DNA of 64,000 nt from Raillietiella orientalis (GCA_036172245.1 JAYWIR010000038.1:496001-560000); one strand, 5' to 3'; numbered from the stretch's first letter, positions 26,475 through 39,035 are shown. The notes: generated by a model from the letters alone, not told the origin. Made by a program: numbers and translations.

Positions 26475-28379
26475 ATTCGTGTGGGGATTTCACTCACTTG
26501 ACTAGGTTCCTGAATCCTTCACAGGATATGACAGTATGCCCAAGTGGGAGCACGTTCACAGCTCCTAATCCCAATTTCCTTTTTCAATAGGCATTTCGGG
26601 ATATCTATAGCCGGCGTACTGTTCATTCCTGCCCTCATTTTTGCCCTCCTCATCACGATGCTCGTGATAAAGAGGGCGATGGAAGTGCGAAGCATCGGGT
26701 TGTATCGGGGAACCGTTCCCTTCAAACATCCCTGCCAGAATGTCTACCTTCTTCATCGCCTGTAGGCCGGTCACCTTTCTAGCTTGGCCCAGTCGGGACG
26801 CAGCGTAGGGCAGGTGAGCACGTGGAGTTAGGTTCCCCCGACTCCACAGGCTTTGCCCATCTCGTCTTGAATGTTCCCTGACCAGTACTTGGTCCTAGTG
26901 CCGCTCAGAATGCCTCCGTGATAAAACATCAGGAGGTCATCTGGAGTGTCGGGCGGTAAATCGCTAGTCCAGACCGTGGTTCCAACCGCAAGTAGGTTCC
27001 CCTGGCGGCATCGGTAGCTTCTGACGGCCACAGAGAGAGCGTCGTCCTCGTGTGGATTCTTCTTCACTGCTTCTCGGACGTTTACTCTGGTGATCAGGAG
27101 CCAGCAGTTGCATTCCTGATTTCTCCAGAGCTCTCGATACTTGTGGGTAAATCTTCCCATCATCTTCCTGGTGAGGCGAAACAGTCGCATCTTTTGGAGG
27201 TCGGCACTGGTTGCGAACTGCTCGCAGTCCTTGATGGCCATCTTTGGCCTGTAGGACATCCACTTCCTGGTGTCTCAAGGGACGCGCAGGAAGCATGGGA
27301 TGATCTTCACCAGTTCGTCCTTCCAAATTTCTTTACTTCTAGGTACTATTTTGAGATGGTGGGTGTTCACCAGTGACTGGTGGTTGCCAGTTGCGTGGGA
27401 CCCGGTTAATTGCTAAGATGTTGTGCACAAGGCCAGTTTTACCATTAGGCAAATATAGGCGTTGCCTAGTGGCGCCAAATTACAGGATGAAAAATCGATA
27501 GTAATTAATTGCTGCAATTTATGATGATAAACGTACAATAAATTAAAAATACAGCACGAAACACCAACCTTTAAGAAAAACTGTGAAAGTATTTTTCGTT
27601 TTTCATATACATGGGGCGCCAAATTTTCTTTTTTGCCCAGGGGCTCCAGACACCCTCGCGCCGACCCTGGTTGTGAATGATAGTGATGAGTTTTTCGTCG
27701 ACATGAGATCCAATCATCATTGTGTTTTGTCACTTGAAATCCCCAATTCAGTCCTGTTTGCTAAGTGTTCCGCATCCTGTCAGTTGTTTCCCTCAAGCTC
27801 TAGGCTGCAACAGCTTAAAGAACCAAGCATCAACGACATGTTCAGCCGCCTTTTGAGCATGCTCCAAAACAAAAAGTATATGACAACGCCAGCAAAGAGG
27901 TTGCACAAACAGTAGTTTAACACAAATGTTAGTATTCTCACAAAGTACTAAGAAAAAGAACCTATCAGGTAAGTCATTTGTATTCTGTGGAGACTGCGCG
28001 CTCTTGTGACAAGGAGCTGCGCAGGATAAGAGTGAAAGAGGTTGGTGGATACTTCGATAAGAAGTAGAGTTCATCTCTTTGAGCTTGCCTGCGAAGATAC
28101 AGGTCTTGTTCAGCGGCTCCCAGAAGCTCCCATCATCTTCGAAGACTGAAATCTTTTCCTAGTAACGGTGGTCCACTCGGTGGTGATCCACCTCGCAGGC
28201 ATCACTTGGCTCGTGGCTGAAGAAACCGTGCGCAAACAACTGCAAGTACGTTCGCGCGCCGTGGGCAAAGTCAAAGACCCTTGCGGGGGATTCGGAAGAT
28301 GCTTCAGTGACCTTGCTGCAGCACGCGGTGACGGTCCACACATGCTGTGCATTCCGCCACAGACTAATGCTCGGAGGTG

Positions 28380-28500
28380 GATTCGTTCGATATTTGGTTT
28401 GTAAGGAGACCCCAACACTGCGAGTGCTGCTATTCTCTTGACCACCTTCAGCGGAAATGCGAGGCGTCCCTCTGGAAACTGGTTGAACCTCGCAGGAGGA
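28380..28500 (-). pseudogene. BAF-like unit, N-terminal half
   Basis: FNQFPEGRLAF..VKRIAAL versus FWSFVEDRDVF..VDTIPGV of the 34620 ORF. Confidence 0.4.
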
Positions 28501-28789
28501 GCGGAACACAGCGAACCCCTGAGGCTTCTGCTTCGCCGACACTTGAGGACTGGAATCATTTGAAACGCTCAGTCTGAGAGAGTTCTTGGAGAAGTTTCTC
28601 CTGGACCGTCTCCCAGGTTGCAACGAAGGTGTGCTTGATGAGCGGGCGTACTTTGATGTCCGCCGCTGCAAAAGAACATCCGACGTTCGTCTCCTGGAGG
28701 AGTATCGAGCTGGAGACGATCGCCAAGCCTGGTAGTCTGGCAGCTTGCTGGACGATCTGGGTCAGGAGCACTCCGCTTCTGCACAGGTT

Positions 28790-29060
28790 TTCCTCCTGGT
28801 TACGCCGGGGCGTTTATTTTAAAGATAAACTTACACTTTTGGTGGGACTTCTGGTCCTACCACGTGCTCGTGTTCCATCGGATCTGCCATTTCGGGCCCG
28901 ACGCCAAGACAAGGGGATTGGGGAAGAACAAAAAGAAATCAAATTAAAAAAAGATCCGGGGTTCGGGAAGGGACCACACTTCGGCGCGTGACGTCGCATT
29001 CATCCTCTGCAGGATGCTGGCAAGTTCGTTCCGAATACTTCACAGATGGAGCCATCCCGC
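28790..29060 (-). mobile_element. LINE 3' end fragment
   Basis: Reverse complement GAACTTGCCAGCATCCTG...AATAAACGCCCCGGCGTAACCAGGAGGAAAA. Confidence 0.75.
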
Positions 29061-29089
29061 GAAGGTCTTCAGCAAAAGTTTCGCCGAGT

Positions 29090-29283
29090 GGAATTTCGCC
29101 CGGGCTCGCCAAGGCGTTTATTTGTTAAAAAAAATAAACAATACAAAAGTGGAAAACCTTCCAGGAATGCGGTGCGCAGACCGGCGAGGATGGGGAAGGG
29201 ATAGAATAAAAGAAAATAGAAATAAGACGTAAACACAGATAAAATAACTTTGGGGTGCACGGGAAGAGATTACAGCATGCTAG
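29090..29283 (-). mobile_element. LINE 3' UTR/tail fused to the BRX1 fragment
   Basis: Reverse complement GTAATCTCTTCCC..CACCCCAAAG...AATAAACGCCTTGGCGAGCCCGGGCGAAA. Confidence 0.7.
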
Positions 29284-29615
29284 GGGTCGTGAGCAGAACC
29301 CGAGCTCCGCCATGGTGTGTATATTCTGCACGAGGAATTTCGCCGAGGGACCTTCGCCGACGTTGGAGATCCACAGGTAGAGGTCGTCGCGCTTCTTGCA
29401 CTCGAAGAACAGGCACTTGTTGCAGTTGCGCACCTCGCAGACCTCGCCCAGGACAGACAGCGTCCCCTTCCGCTCCATCTTGGGCTCCTTCTTGCTGTGG
29501 GGCAGCAGCTGGCGCGGGTCCTTCATCAGGTGCCGGTTTCGGGAGGTGATCCCCCTGCTGGAGAGCACCAGCACGCGCTGTTTGTTCGTCCATCTGCCTC
29601 TTTTGACTGCCGGCT
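29281..29615 (-). pseudogene. BRIX1: Intronless fragment of ribosome biogenesis protein BRX1 (Brix domain N-terminus)
   Basis: WTNKQRVLVLSSRGITSRNRHLMKD..LLPHSKKEPKME..EVCEVRNCNKCLFFECKKRDDLYLWISNVGEGPSAKFLVQNIHTMAEL; the conserved KMTGNCLKG is replaced by GFC, and similarity stops after SRPL. Confidence 0.92.
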
Positions 29616-29899
29616 GGTCCGAGTGTCTTGCGGCTGGTACCACTTCTGCACCCTCCTAATCGTTCACATTTTTTGTCTGGCATCATTCCTCTTTTCCGTT
29701 TGGTTTTCATAATGTCACTCATCAACTGTAAATACACGGTTTGTATCACAGCGTGTTTAACTGTCATGCCTTCTTCCCGAAGCAGACCCTGTGCATTGCG
29801 GTGCGCGAGGACCGTCTAATTGGGCAGCTTCTTCTCGAGTGGTCCAACTCCATCCACCTCGTCTTCACCAACGCTCACCGAGCGGTCGGCTGCGCCACA

Positions 29900-30464
29900 G
29901 GGCTAGGACGCAGTTTTTCTGCGACCTCGGTTACCCGCAGCAGAACTCTGAGAGTCCCGGAGTCGCTCACTTGATCGAATGCAACCTCAACGTCCTCCGA
30001 GACGACCGGGCAGCGAAGGGAGGTCACCAGGATGGCAGCCGCCTACATGAGGGCGGCTGAAAGGTGGCCTCACCTGGAAGAACGAGTGAAGGAGGAGATC
30101 GCTGGCATCCACCGCCGGTTGAAGGACAGCTAGGAACGGCGGACCCAGGTGACCCTGGCCCCCTTCAACCCTCTATTTCCCCCCCCACTCTCTTTCCCAT
30201 TGCCATTCGCTCTGCAGCTTCCCCAATTTTTTTTGTTTCGATCCCGGTGCCTCACGGAGCGAAATCAAAGATCCTGCCCCATCCCACCCCGTTTATTTTT
30301 TTGTTATCCCCCGATCCCTTTCCCCGTTCCGAACTTCCGTTATCCCACTATGCGTGCCAGCGGACCCTCCCCTTGTACTTTTTTTGCGTTTGGTTGGGAA
30401 CCTTGTTTTCAACTGGTTTATTTTTTATATAAAATAAACGCCCTCGGCGTGACCGGGTGAAAAA
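29900..30464 (+). mobile_element. 3' end of a second LINE subfamily (paralogous to 46370-46840)
   Basis: GGAGGTCACC.GGATGGCAGCCGCCT...GGAGGAGATCGC.GGCATCCA.CGCCGGTTG shared with 46.4 kb; same terminal stem-loop tail. Confidence 0.75.
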
Positions 30465-33400
30465 CCTCAACGTCCGCCTGCTGTCGGGTGACAAGTGGAC
30501 ACAGGCGCATCGCGTGCAGGTCAGCGAGCTGCGTGCATTTGTGAATGCATACAACTTGCTAGCGGGCGAACCTGGGATGCACGGGGCCATTCATCATGCC
30601 TTCCTTGGCGAACACCTGTGTTGTCGGGTGGGCAATCGATGAAGGGCCAGTCGGACCTTCGGTTCTCTCGGACCATCCCAGGTTTGAGCTCGAGCTGCGG
30701 CTTCCAGAGCCGGGGCCGCCCATCAGCATGTGGAAGATACCCGGCTATTGGTTTAGTCTCCCGGAAGCTGTGGAAGTTATTGGCTTCACCATTCGTAGGC
30801 TCGAGGATTAGAACCTGTTCAAGGTGTCGTTCCGAGATTTCTGTGAACGCTGCCCAGTGGCTCTCCTTCGGGATTTAGATTCGGAGAGCGGGAGCACTGC
30901 AGCCGAGCTTTTCTGAAAGCGCGCGCCCTCTGCAAACACCCCAACGTCCTGAGGCTGACCTAAGGCCGGAGCCGAGCTCCAGGTCTGGCAGCTCGGGGCA
31001 GCTTTCCTGCTGGACGACCAAGGCCAGGACCGCTGGCCCCCTCAGATGTCCTCTGGTTGGGGAGCGATTTCTACTCACCCTGTACACATGGGCACCGGTG
31101 AAGCGCATCTTTTCTTCCTCATTGCTGGACCTGAGCTGTAGGGGAAGCAGAACGAGCTCTCCCAGAAGAGCCGCTCTCGACACCGGAGGTCACCACCAAC
31201 ATTCGAGAGATCAAGGAAAGGAAAGTACCAGCGGAGGAGGACGGTATGCCAGCAAAGTCTTCCCTGAGCTTCGCGGAGGAGCCTGATCCCCTGGTACAGA
31301 GGTCAACCGTACTGATGAAAGAGAGACGCGAGGTGTCAGTCTCTTTGCGGTCATCCACAGAACGCCTCATCCCAAAGGAGGAGATCAGAGCAAACTGGGC
31401 GATTGGCGTCTGATTACTCTGGCGAATACGGAAGTCAGACCGCTCCCCTAAAGGCTGCGGACTGCGCGGCGGGGACGGGCGTCCGACTCCTTCACCAACC
31501 CATAGGGGACTTTTGCTGTGCCGGGAAGAAGGATGCTGTCGGCTCTGCCCCTTGCGCGGACCGGCTGCGGCTGCTCCGAAGGGTTACAGGGGGAATCATA
31601 GAAAAAGGAAGCTCCGGAAGGGCCCGGGAAACGGAACTCTCGGTTGGTCGGAGGAGCCTGGTGCTTCGGCGATCCCGGTCGACCTCCACGGGGCTTCCGA
31701 CTGAGTGAGGCAGAAGCTCCTGCAGAGCTTGGACTTTTCCTGCTGCCTGCTGCATCCCTGGTGCTCACCCTGGCTCCCTGCGCCAATCAACGGCAGTTTC
31801 AGCCATTTCGGCGGTCGCCGCTCTCACGGCGGGCCGAGAAAGAGAGTAAGGAAAGCGCGGCCCGAGTCCCACCTTGTTAGCACCTACTTCGAGTTGGCGC
31901 TGGGAAGGTGTAGGCACCAGATCACGGACCGATCTGCTGACGTTCTGCCCGTGCACGCCGGACGTGGCAGCATACGCCGACGATCTGCTTCTCCTGCTTC
32001 TCAGGACCGCCCCGGAGACTGAGCACGAGGAATCCTTCGAGCTGGTTTGCCGCTCCCCGGACCATCTCGAAGGACATCCGAGGGGGTCGAGAACCCACGC
32101 CGGGGGGCGATGTGGGTGGAAATACAGGCAGAAGTTGACGGTCGTCCCAGTGGGAGTGTCGTTGAGGGAGCAGCTGGACTGGATCTGCCTGAGGACCACC
32201 ACGGGCAGATGCTTCAAGTTCTTCAGTGTGTCTATGGGCGAATTCTGCGCAGCAGCAGCGACAGAGCCCTCCACCAGTTCTCAAAGGAACCGAGGCTGTA
32301 CTCCCCTCTGGAACCGGAGCTCTTTCGTTGCCTCTCTCCTCGGGCCCTTCGTTTTTGCCTTTGTTCCCCTCCCATCAAGGTGAGACAAAGGGCTAACTGA
32401 CAGTCGAGGAAGGTCCTTTGGAGCACTTTGTGACCCTGCGTCCCCCTGAAGGACATTGCAGTCCCATGGTGGGATGCGGTTCTCGGCATCGAGATGTGAG
32501 GAACGTCAGGAGCTCCACCGACGTATCTTGCGCGTGAACAGCCGCCCTCAAAGTCGACCAAGGACATCGCAGTCCATTCACAGGTGCGGGAGCGATGCGA
32601 TCGCCTCCCACCTGCCCACATTCTGGAGAGACTCTTCCCTTCTTGACGTGATGAAGACGCTCGTTGCAAGGGGTACCCCAGTGCAAGAGGAACACCGCGA
32701 AATGTTGCCACCGGAGGGAGTGCACGGAACTCTTCAGGCACAGGGAGGAGATGCATAGTTCTTCAGGTGACACACGCAAAGTTTCAGCTCACCGGGAAAG
32801 TCCCTTCGCCTGAGAACATGGCGGACAGCACTTTAAAGCTGCATCTGCCTAGGCGTTTCTCCATTCCCGCGATGATGCAGGAGAACTCCCAACTAGCCGG
32901 TAAGTCTGGTTGCAGGAAACCGTTTGCACGTAAGCCAAGAACAGCGAAGCCAGCCCGGAGATGCGGCAGTGACTGCTGCACTCTTACAACAACCGCTCGC
33001 TGCAGGACGAGTCATCGTGCAGCTCATCACGTGTGCGCGGGCTCAAAGCACCCTAGCTGCGGCACCGTCCTCCTCAGGAGCACCTGGGAAGTAACCAGCT
33101 GGTCAAATAGGAGGTCAGCTGCGAAATCAGTCAGAAGACGAAGGAACTAGGTGATTGGACTACGGGCCAGCTCACGGACGCTGCGACCCCCAGTGCCCCA
33201 TCGAAAGGACCATTGCGCTGGGGTGAGCTCCAGAGTATCCCACAGGAGGACCTCGAGTGGCCCCCAGCGCTGAAGAACAGACGAGTCCTCCCCCAAAAGT
33301 GGCAGAAGTCGACACTTTCCCGTTGCACTGGGCCTCCCATGCAACGCCCTCAGCTCTCACTAGACCCGGGGGACAGTGGACCCCAACTGTTGCAGATGCC

Positions 33401-33970
33401 GGAAACGTAAATCCCAGCTCCCGCACCTGCTTGTGCACTGTGTTGTCCTCCAGTCCCTGTGGTCGCGTTACGCAACTGCCCTTGGTGCACCGATGGACAA
33501 TCCCAGGGACGTGATGAAGCGCCTCTTCGTGCAAGATGTCCTTTCGCCTGCCGCATCCCCAGCATATCTTTGATGCTGCCTACCGGGGATTGTGGTAGTC
33601 TAGAGTCACGCGAGAGGAGGACGACGCGATAGGAACGCCATCGGCTTTGCCCTGTGCTTCCTGCGGACGACATCAAGATGGCCCCACCCGGGGCATACTC
33701 AGATGGAACTTGCCGACATCCTGGAAAGGATGCAGAGGACACCCTCCAGCGAACAGCAATCCCTTCCCTTGCTCCCAGAGTTTTTTTTTTTACTATTGGT
33801 TTCTATTTATTTTCATTCTTGTTTGCCCCTTCGCTGCCGAGGCGAACCTCGCCGTCCTGCGCCTCGGTTCCTCGACCAGTTCCGAACAGTTTTCTGACGA
33901 TGTAGGGCCGATGACCCTCCATATATATGTTTATTATTTTTTTATAATAAACGTCTCAGCGTGACCTAGT
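30465..33970 (+). mobile_element. Degenerate L1/Tx1-like LINE ORF2 (APE endonuclease, reverse transcriptase, C-terminal Cys region) with 3' tail
   Basis: LNVRLL (APE start), IPVDLHGASD*V (D..KAFD-like), INGSFSHF, AAYADDLLL at ~31967-31993, HLLVHCVVLQSLW..DVMKRLF near 33420-33530; many stops and frameshifts. Confidence 0.85.
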
Positions 33971-34619
33971 GATGAACCATAATTTGCGAGTTTAATTGAA
34001 TTTTAATTAACTTCGGTGCGTGACCGGGTGACAAATCCGAACCTAGAGAGGCCGCACAAGAATGTGCTGATCCCCGGATGACAAGAGCGAAACCCTGGGA
34101 CAGCGCCCTCCCACCAGTTCCGGAGCCGTGCTCCTCGTATCGGAAGATGGTTCTCGGAGCGATGGAGAGACGGACGCGGACACAATCGTCCGATTGTGTC
34201 CGAGCCCAATTGTCTTGAGACTGGACACTATTACGACCGACAACGCTACCGATAGATAAGCGGATGTACGAGAAGAAATGAGCTGCGCTCTTGTAGAGGG
34301 CGCTCTTCTCCACTAGGAGGCGCTTCCCGGACCCGGGGATCCTTGAAGGGCACACGAAGTTCCCTGGAGGCGATGCGAAACCATTGACTGCTGACAACGA
34401 GGTCGATATCTCTCCCCCAAAGTGCATATGGCACCCCTCTCCCCTCCTCACTCGCCTTCCTTCAGCCCCTTCCCCTTCCTCTCTCCGCGGAGATTGAGGA
34501 TCGAGGAACGTGGGATGCAGCGAATTCTTCTCCTTCCTTCGCGGGACTTTAACCTTCGAAATTCGAGGCGGAAGTGCTGCTGGTCCATGGGCAAGGAAGG
34601 TCCATGGGAGGAAGGGCTT

Positions 34620-35045
34620 TTATTGTCGGGGGAGGTCGCCGTGTATGAGGTATATGGTTTCCGTCCCCCTCAGCAGATCCCTCACCTGGGTGGCCTTCAG
34701 CTTCCAGTACATCAGCGCCAGGTAGATGAGGTGGGCGGCTCCCTGGAACTCGAGTTTTTCATCGTCCAAGGTGGCGGAGAACGACTTCACGAATTCGGAA
34801 AGGTCGAACTTGCAGGCCCACACGAGGTTGTACACGTCCCGAACTTGCCGGAAACCCCTGCGGGAGAGCAGTTGAAGGATTCGACTGCTGACCCCGGGAA
34901 TAGTGTCCACATCGTCGAAGACGTCTCTGTCCTCGACGAAACTCCAAAATGCCTCGGAATTGAAAATCTCGCGATTTCCGGGGTAGCTCAGGACCTTGGG
35001 ACGGATCTGCGTGACCACCAGAAGTTCCTGGAACGCATCTGCCAT
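34620..35045 (-). CDS. Divergent BAF (barrier-to-autointegration factor)-like protein, 141 aa, single exon
   Basis: ATG-initiated open frame. SEAFWSFV..VDTIPGVSSRILQLLSRRGF..V..KFDLSEF aligns without gaps to recalled human BANF1 residues 4-63 (13/60 identical by hand count, hydrophobic pattern and HhH Gly kept). Confidence 0.68.
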   Translation of the reverse strand: MADAFQELLVVTQIRPKVLSYPGNREIFNSEAFWSFVEDRDVFDDVDTIPGVSSRILQLLSRRGFRQVRDVYNLVWACKFDLSEFVKSFSATLDDEKLEFQGAAHLIYLALMYWKLKATQVRDLLRGTETIYLIHGDLPRQ

Positions 35046-35820
35046 CGAACAGGAAGACCAGAGGAGAGAGCAGATTTGCAGCAGAGATGCTAGGGTACAG
35101 AGGACGAATTCGGAAGTCGGGGATGGCGAGCAGCTGAATGCTCAGCAAGGAACGAGTTGTATGCGGCTGGAACTGGGTGGGGTGGTTGTTACAGGGAAGG
35201 CATCGGAAGAACGGAAAGCTTTGACGCACTTCAGAGAAGAGGAATGTTGCCTAGGAAACCACATAAGCATTACACACTTCGGTTTCGAGACCCCCATCTT
35301 CATCCGAATGCAGAGCAAGTCAGTAACGATCAGAGAAAACTCAGAGCACCATTGGGATGAGTCTCCAGTTGCCTCCTTCTGAGAGGTTCAGTCTCTGTTG
35401 CTCGATGGCATGGAGACGGCTGCTCGCCCATGAGTTTCTCGGGATTCCCATGAGAGAGACTCGTCCTCTGCCTGCCTCCTCTTTAAGGGAGTATCGAACC
35501 TCTGAGACACTTCTGAGCTTATCCTCAGACGTCGAAGCGAGATCGCACCTCCCCACGCAACTCCTTTTTTTTTTGTACGAGGAACCTTCGCTCTTCCGCA
35601 AGATGCCTTGCCTCGTGGACCAACATCAGACGATCGGTTCACTGTGCTCTTTTTCTGGGCACAACATCTGGTTTGATCTTTTCAGGGACTCTGGAGCTCC
35701 CGCCGGAAGCCGGAGTGGAGGCTAGTGAGCCAAAGCAGGGACAGCGGAACTTGATCTGGCGCAGATCCGGGCGTAGCGGATCCTCTAGAGAGAATTCCTC
35801 AGGGATGTCCACGACTCAGG

Positions 35821-35876
35821 GAGGAGGAGGAGGAAGGAAGGAAGGAGGGAAGGAAGGAGGGAAGGAAGGAGGGAAA
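35821..35876. repeat. GGA/GGAA purine microsatellite
   Basis: Read directly. Confidence 0.9.
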
Positions 35877-36307
35877 GTCACATGTGACGTTTCTTTTCGA
35901 TAGTGCATAGTTGTGATGATCGGGTTGAATGTCATCCGCGGGAGCAGAAGGATGTTGGAATGGAAGCCAGTCGGCCAAAAAAGGAGCCTGAAGGACGGCA
36001 GACGATCCCGAAAAAGAGGGCGGGGAGTTCTTCCTCAACAGGTGACAGCTCAACAGACGTCCTGACGATGCGCTGGAGGCCCTGAGAAAAAGAGGAACTT
36101 GGAACCGCCCGCAGCGACTGCAACGCTGTCCATCGAGATAGCAGCACTCGTTCCGTCGCCCACGCTTCCTCCGGCTGCGCGCTCCGTAGGAAAGGCCTTC
36201 CCCCCTTCCCCCCTCCTCTTTTACATCCCCGCAGGATAGCATCACCCACGCAGCACATGGCCGACGCTCAGAGACAGGCAAATGCTCTCTGCGGGACCGT
36301 CGCAGCG

Positions 36308-36607
36308 TCACCTCATATCAGGAGGCATCGGTTCGTGCCAGTGAGACGCGGTTCGAATCTCTCGCCCTTTCGCGGAGCCTCCGGGTTGAAAGTTCGTCTG
36401 GCGAGCAAGACCGGGAAGCAGTGAGTCCCCGTCAGTCTCTCCGTCCTGAGTCTCGAAAGCGAGACGATGAGCAGCCCGCGGAACTGAGCATCCGGAGCGA
36501 CGTGCGAGGGATTCCGAGAGCAGCTGAGATGCAGCGGGGAAGAGAGGAAGAAAAGAGACGCTTCCTTGCAATGGTGTATTGTTTTTTCTGGAATTTTCGG
36601 ATTGCAT
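36308..36607 (-). pseudogene. Degenerate BAF-like unit
   Basis: LPLFPAASQLLSESLARRSGCSV is in register with VDTIPGVSSRILQLLSRRGFRQV of the 34620 ORF. Confidence 0.35.
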
Positions 36608-36654
36608 GAGTTAATTCTGGAGGCAGGGAGAGACCGACCTATGATGGCGCCTTA

Positions 36655-37008
36655 CTACACTTCATTAGCCCTCTCGATGTGGAGATAGAGCAGCGACAAG
36701 AATACCATGCTCATACTTCGTAATAAAATTGTTGCGATGATATTTCGAGGTATGAATCTCAATACGAAGGTTTCCAAGCTAAAATGGCACAACAGCCACA
36801 GGGAGTATAGCTGCTCGATGGTGAAGACCCCTTGACTCTCCAGTACTGCATTCAGGATCAAATTCATCCCCGGTATCTGCGATATCGGACTCTTCATAGA
36901 TGTGCACTTGCAAAAAACATCGAAAGACGGGGAATAGAAATCTGTTTGGTTTTCCACGTAGTAGAGCACTGTTCGCTCGATGTCCTTCAGCCGTTCTATG
37001 GTCAGCAT
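36655..37008 (-). CDS. Divergent BAF-like protein, 117 aa, single exon
   Basis: ATG-initiated. Gap-free alignment to BANF1 (10/56) and to the 34620 ORF (15/57: S,F,F,IPG,L,G,Y,L,C,F,L,FV), counted by hand. Confidence 0.65.
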   Translation of the reverse strand: MLTIERLKDIERTVLYYVENQTDFYSPSFDVFCKCTSMKSPISQIPGMNLILNAVLESQGVFTIEQLYSLWLLCHFSLETFVLRFIPRNIIATILLRSMSMVFLSLLYLHIERANEV

Positions 37009-39035
37009 CCTTGCAGCTCACAGGAGTGGAAGAGGGAGAGAAGCACTCATAGGGTTTCGGATTCAAAGACAGCAGTAGGGAAGAGTGGGAAGCCCACTGA
37101 AAGGGAATCCTCGCAGATACCAAGAAAAATTTTCGACAGCCTGCGATGGTTGCCAAGGCAGCTGCCTTTCATTATTCTGCCTTTTATTATGTCCATTCCA
37201 TTATTCTTGAGCTTGCGCTTCTCCGGTCCGCACTTCCGAGCTCTGAAGAGCGATTTCCTCTAAAAGCGAAGGAGGCAGACGCAGGTCCGCGTTCCCGCTC
37301 GGCTCGGTCCCACGGCTGGGCAGTCACGGACATCCTGGAGGAAAAGGTTCGAGTCGGAGCTCCATCTCTTGGAGTTGTTTCTGTGATTCGCTCAGTTAAT
37401 CGTCGAGGCCGCTGTCGCAAGTGTTTTCGTGCGTGCGTGGTGTTCTCTCTCTCCCGGGGTCCTCGGACTGGGACGCCACGTTGCTGCACGACTCTGCCAG
37501 CATGCAAACGCCCATCAGGGTAGCCATTTCTGCGCAGCAAAGTGAGGTCGCCACTGAGGCTGTAAAACAACCCGGATGTTGATCGCAAACCAGTCATCTA
37601 CCTTCCCAGAATTATCCCCATTCACCACTCCATTTGACCTCTGCGTAAGGCACGGAACGCAAACGCATCCGCGGGATACGCGGTGCGTTTGCGTTTTGTG
37701 GAAACACAGGTGCGTCCGCCTCGCAGAAGAGTCTTTCAAGGTCAGAGGGCGAGCGGACGACTCTTCCCTCTCGTCCAAGAGATGCGCTGCGCTCCGGCCC
37801 GTTGGCTTTCGGGAGCGCTCCCTGGGGATGGGAGACGTCCTGTCATTCCCTTCCGAAAGGAGAAGAAATGAAACGTCTACACAGCAGGGTCGGGCGAGGT
37901 GGTCGTTCCGGCAGAGGCTCTCAGATTGAAACCGTTGTGACGGAGGGAAGCTGTGCTGCAGGCAAGAGAAGCCGTGCGAGGAACTGGGGGCACGGATGAG
38001 CCACCGCGTCATCGGGAAGCGACGGTCGAAGACTCGCACCGAAGGCGATGAGGACTGTGCCGTGCACCCCCACCTTTTCTGAATAGGACGGAAGCAGCGG
38101 AGGCAACAGCGGTCCCTCAATTCACGAAGGGAATCTTGCCTGCGCACTCCTGGAGCACCCCGTGCACCCTCATACGTTCGGGAATAGATCCCCGTTGCGA
38201 CGCTGATCGCGAAGTGTGGCTCATTTCCAGACTGTTCCCCGAATTCTGTTCGCGTAACCTCGGTTATTTACGTCCATCAAGAATGGAAAGAAAACAAACG
38301 AAAAAAACGTTCCTCTGAGACCTGCATCCACTGCGAGGAAGAAGGCCAGGTGCCATTTTGCGAGGGCTGCACACGATTCACGCACGAGGCGTACGGAAGA
38401 GGTCACAAGCACCACCTGTCTTCCTCCGGCTGTCCTTCCCTCATAGACGAGGCAGGCAGCAAAAGGGAGCTCCCCATTTTTCCCTCGCCATAGGCAAGAC
38501 CTTTTTCTGCAGCTCCCAAACGCACGCATTTCTGAGGTCCACTCTCCAAGGCCGTTGAATCATGTTGACCCGCGAGGTCACCTACTCGCAGCGTGTAGCA
38601 TCTCGCCCGAGTCTCCAGGCGTGAAGCCTCCACACTGTCGATGGTTTTCGGCGATCCCTGAAGTCAGACGGAGTGTCAGCGTGGGGCATCGCATGTAAGG
38701 TGCCCTGAAGCCAGGTTCATTCATAAAAAAATGGGGTTCAAGGGAAGAATTCTTGAGGATGGCAGGCCAAAGAGGGCATGCGCGCGCATTCTAGCAATCC
38801 CTGGACATCTCGCGCTCGAAGTCAAGGTCGACGTTGGAAGCCGGCAAGAGGATAATTCTGCATCCTCCTCAACCCAAGCCTCTCCTGATTTCATTCTCAA
38901 GGGGAAGAGGATAGGCGGGAAGCGAAACGGAAAGAAGGAAGCAGAAAAGGCCAAACACGGGAAGGTGACCTCCCATCACCCCTAGTTCCCGTTTGGTGCG
39001 GACGCAACAAACGGGAACTTCCCGAAGTTGTGACG

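Noticed and set aside
33946..33970. Helitron 3' end (hairpin plus CTAG)
   Set aside because: CTAG follows only this copy; the other tails end in GGGTG plus A-rich sequence downstream of LINE ORF2.
34177..34202. QSDDC as support for BAF homology (compare QSRDC)
   Set aside because: The codons lie within a perfect DNA hairpin, so the match may be coincidental; not counted as evidence.
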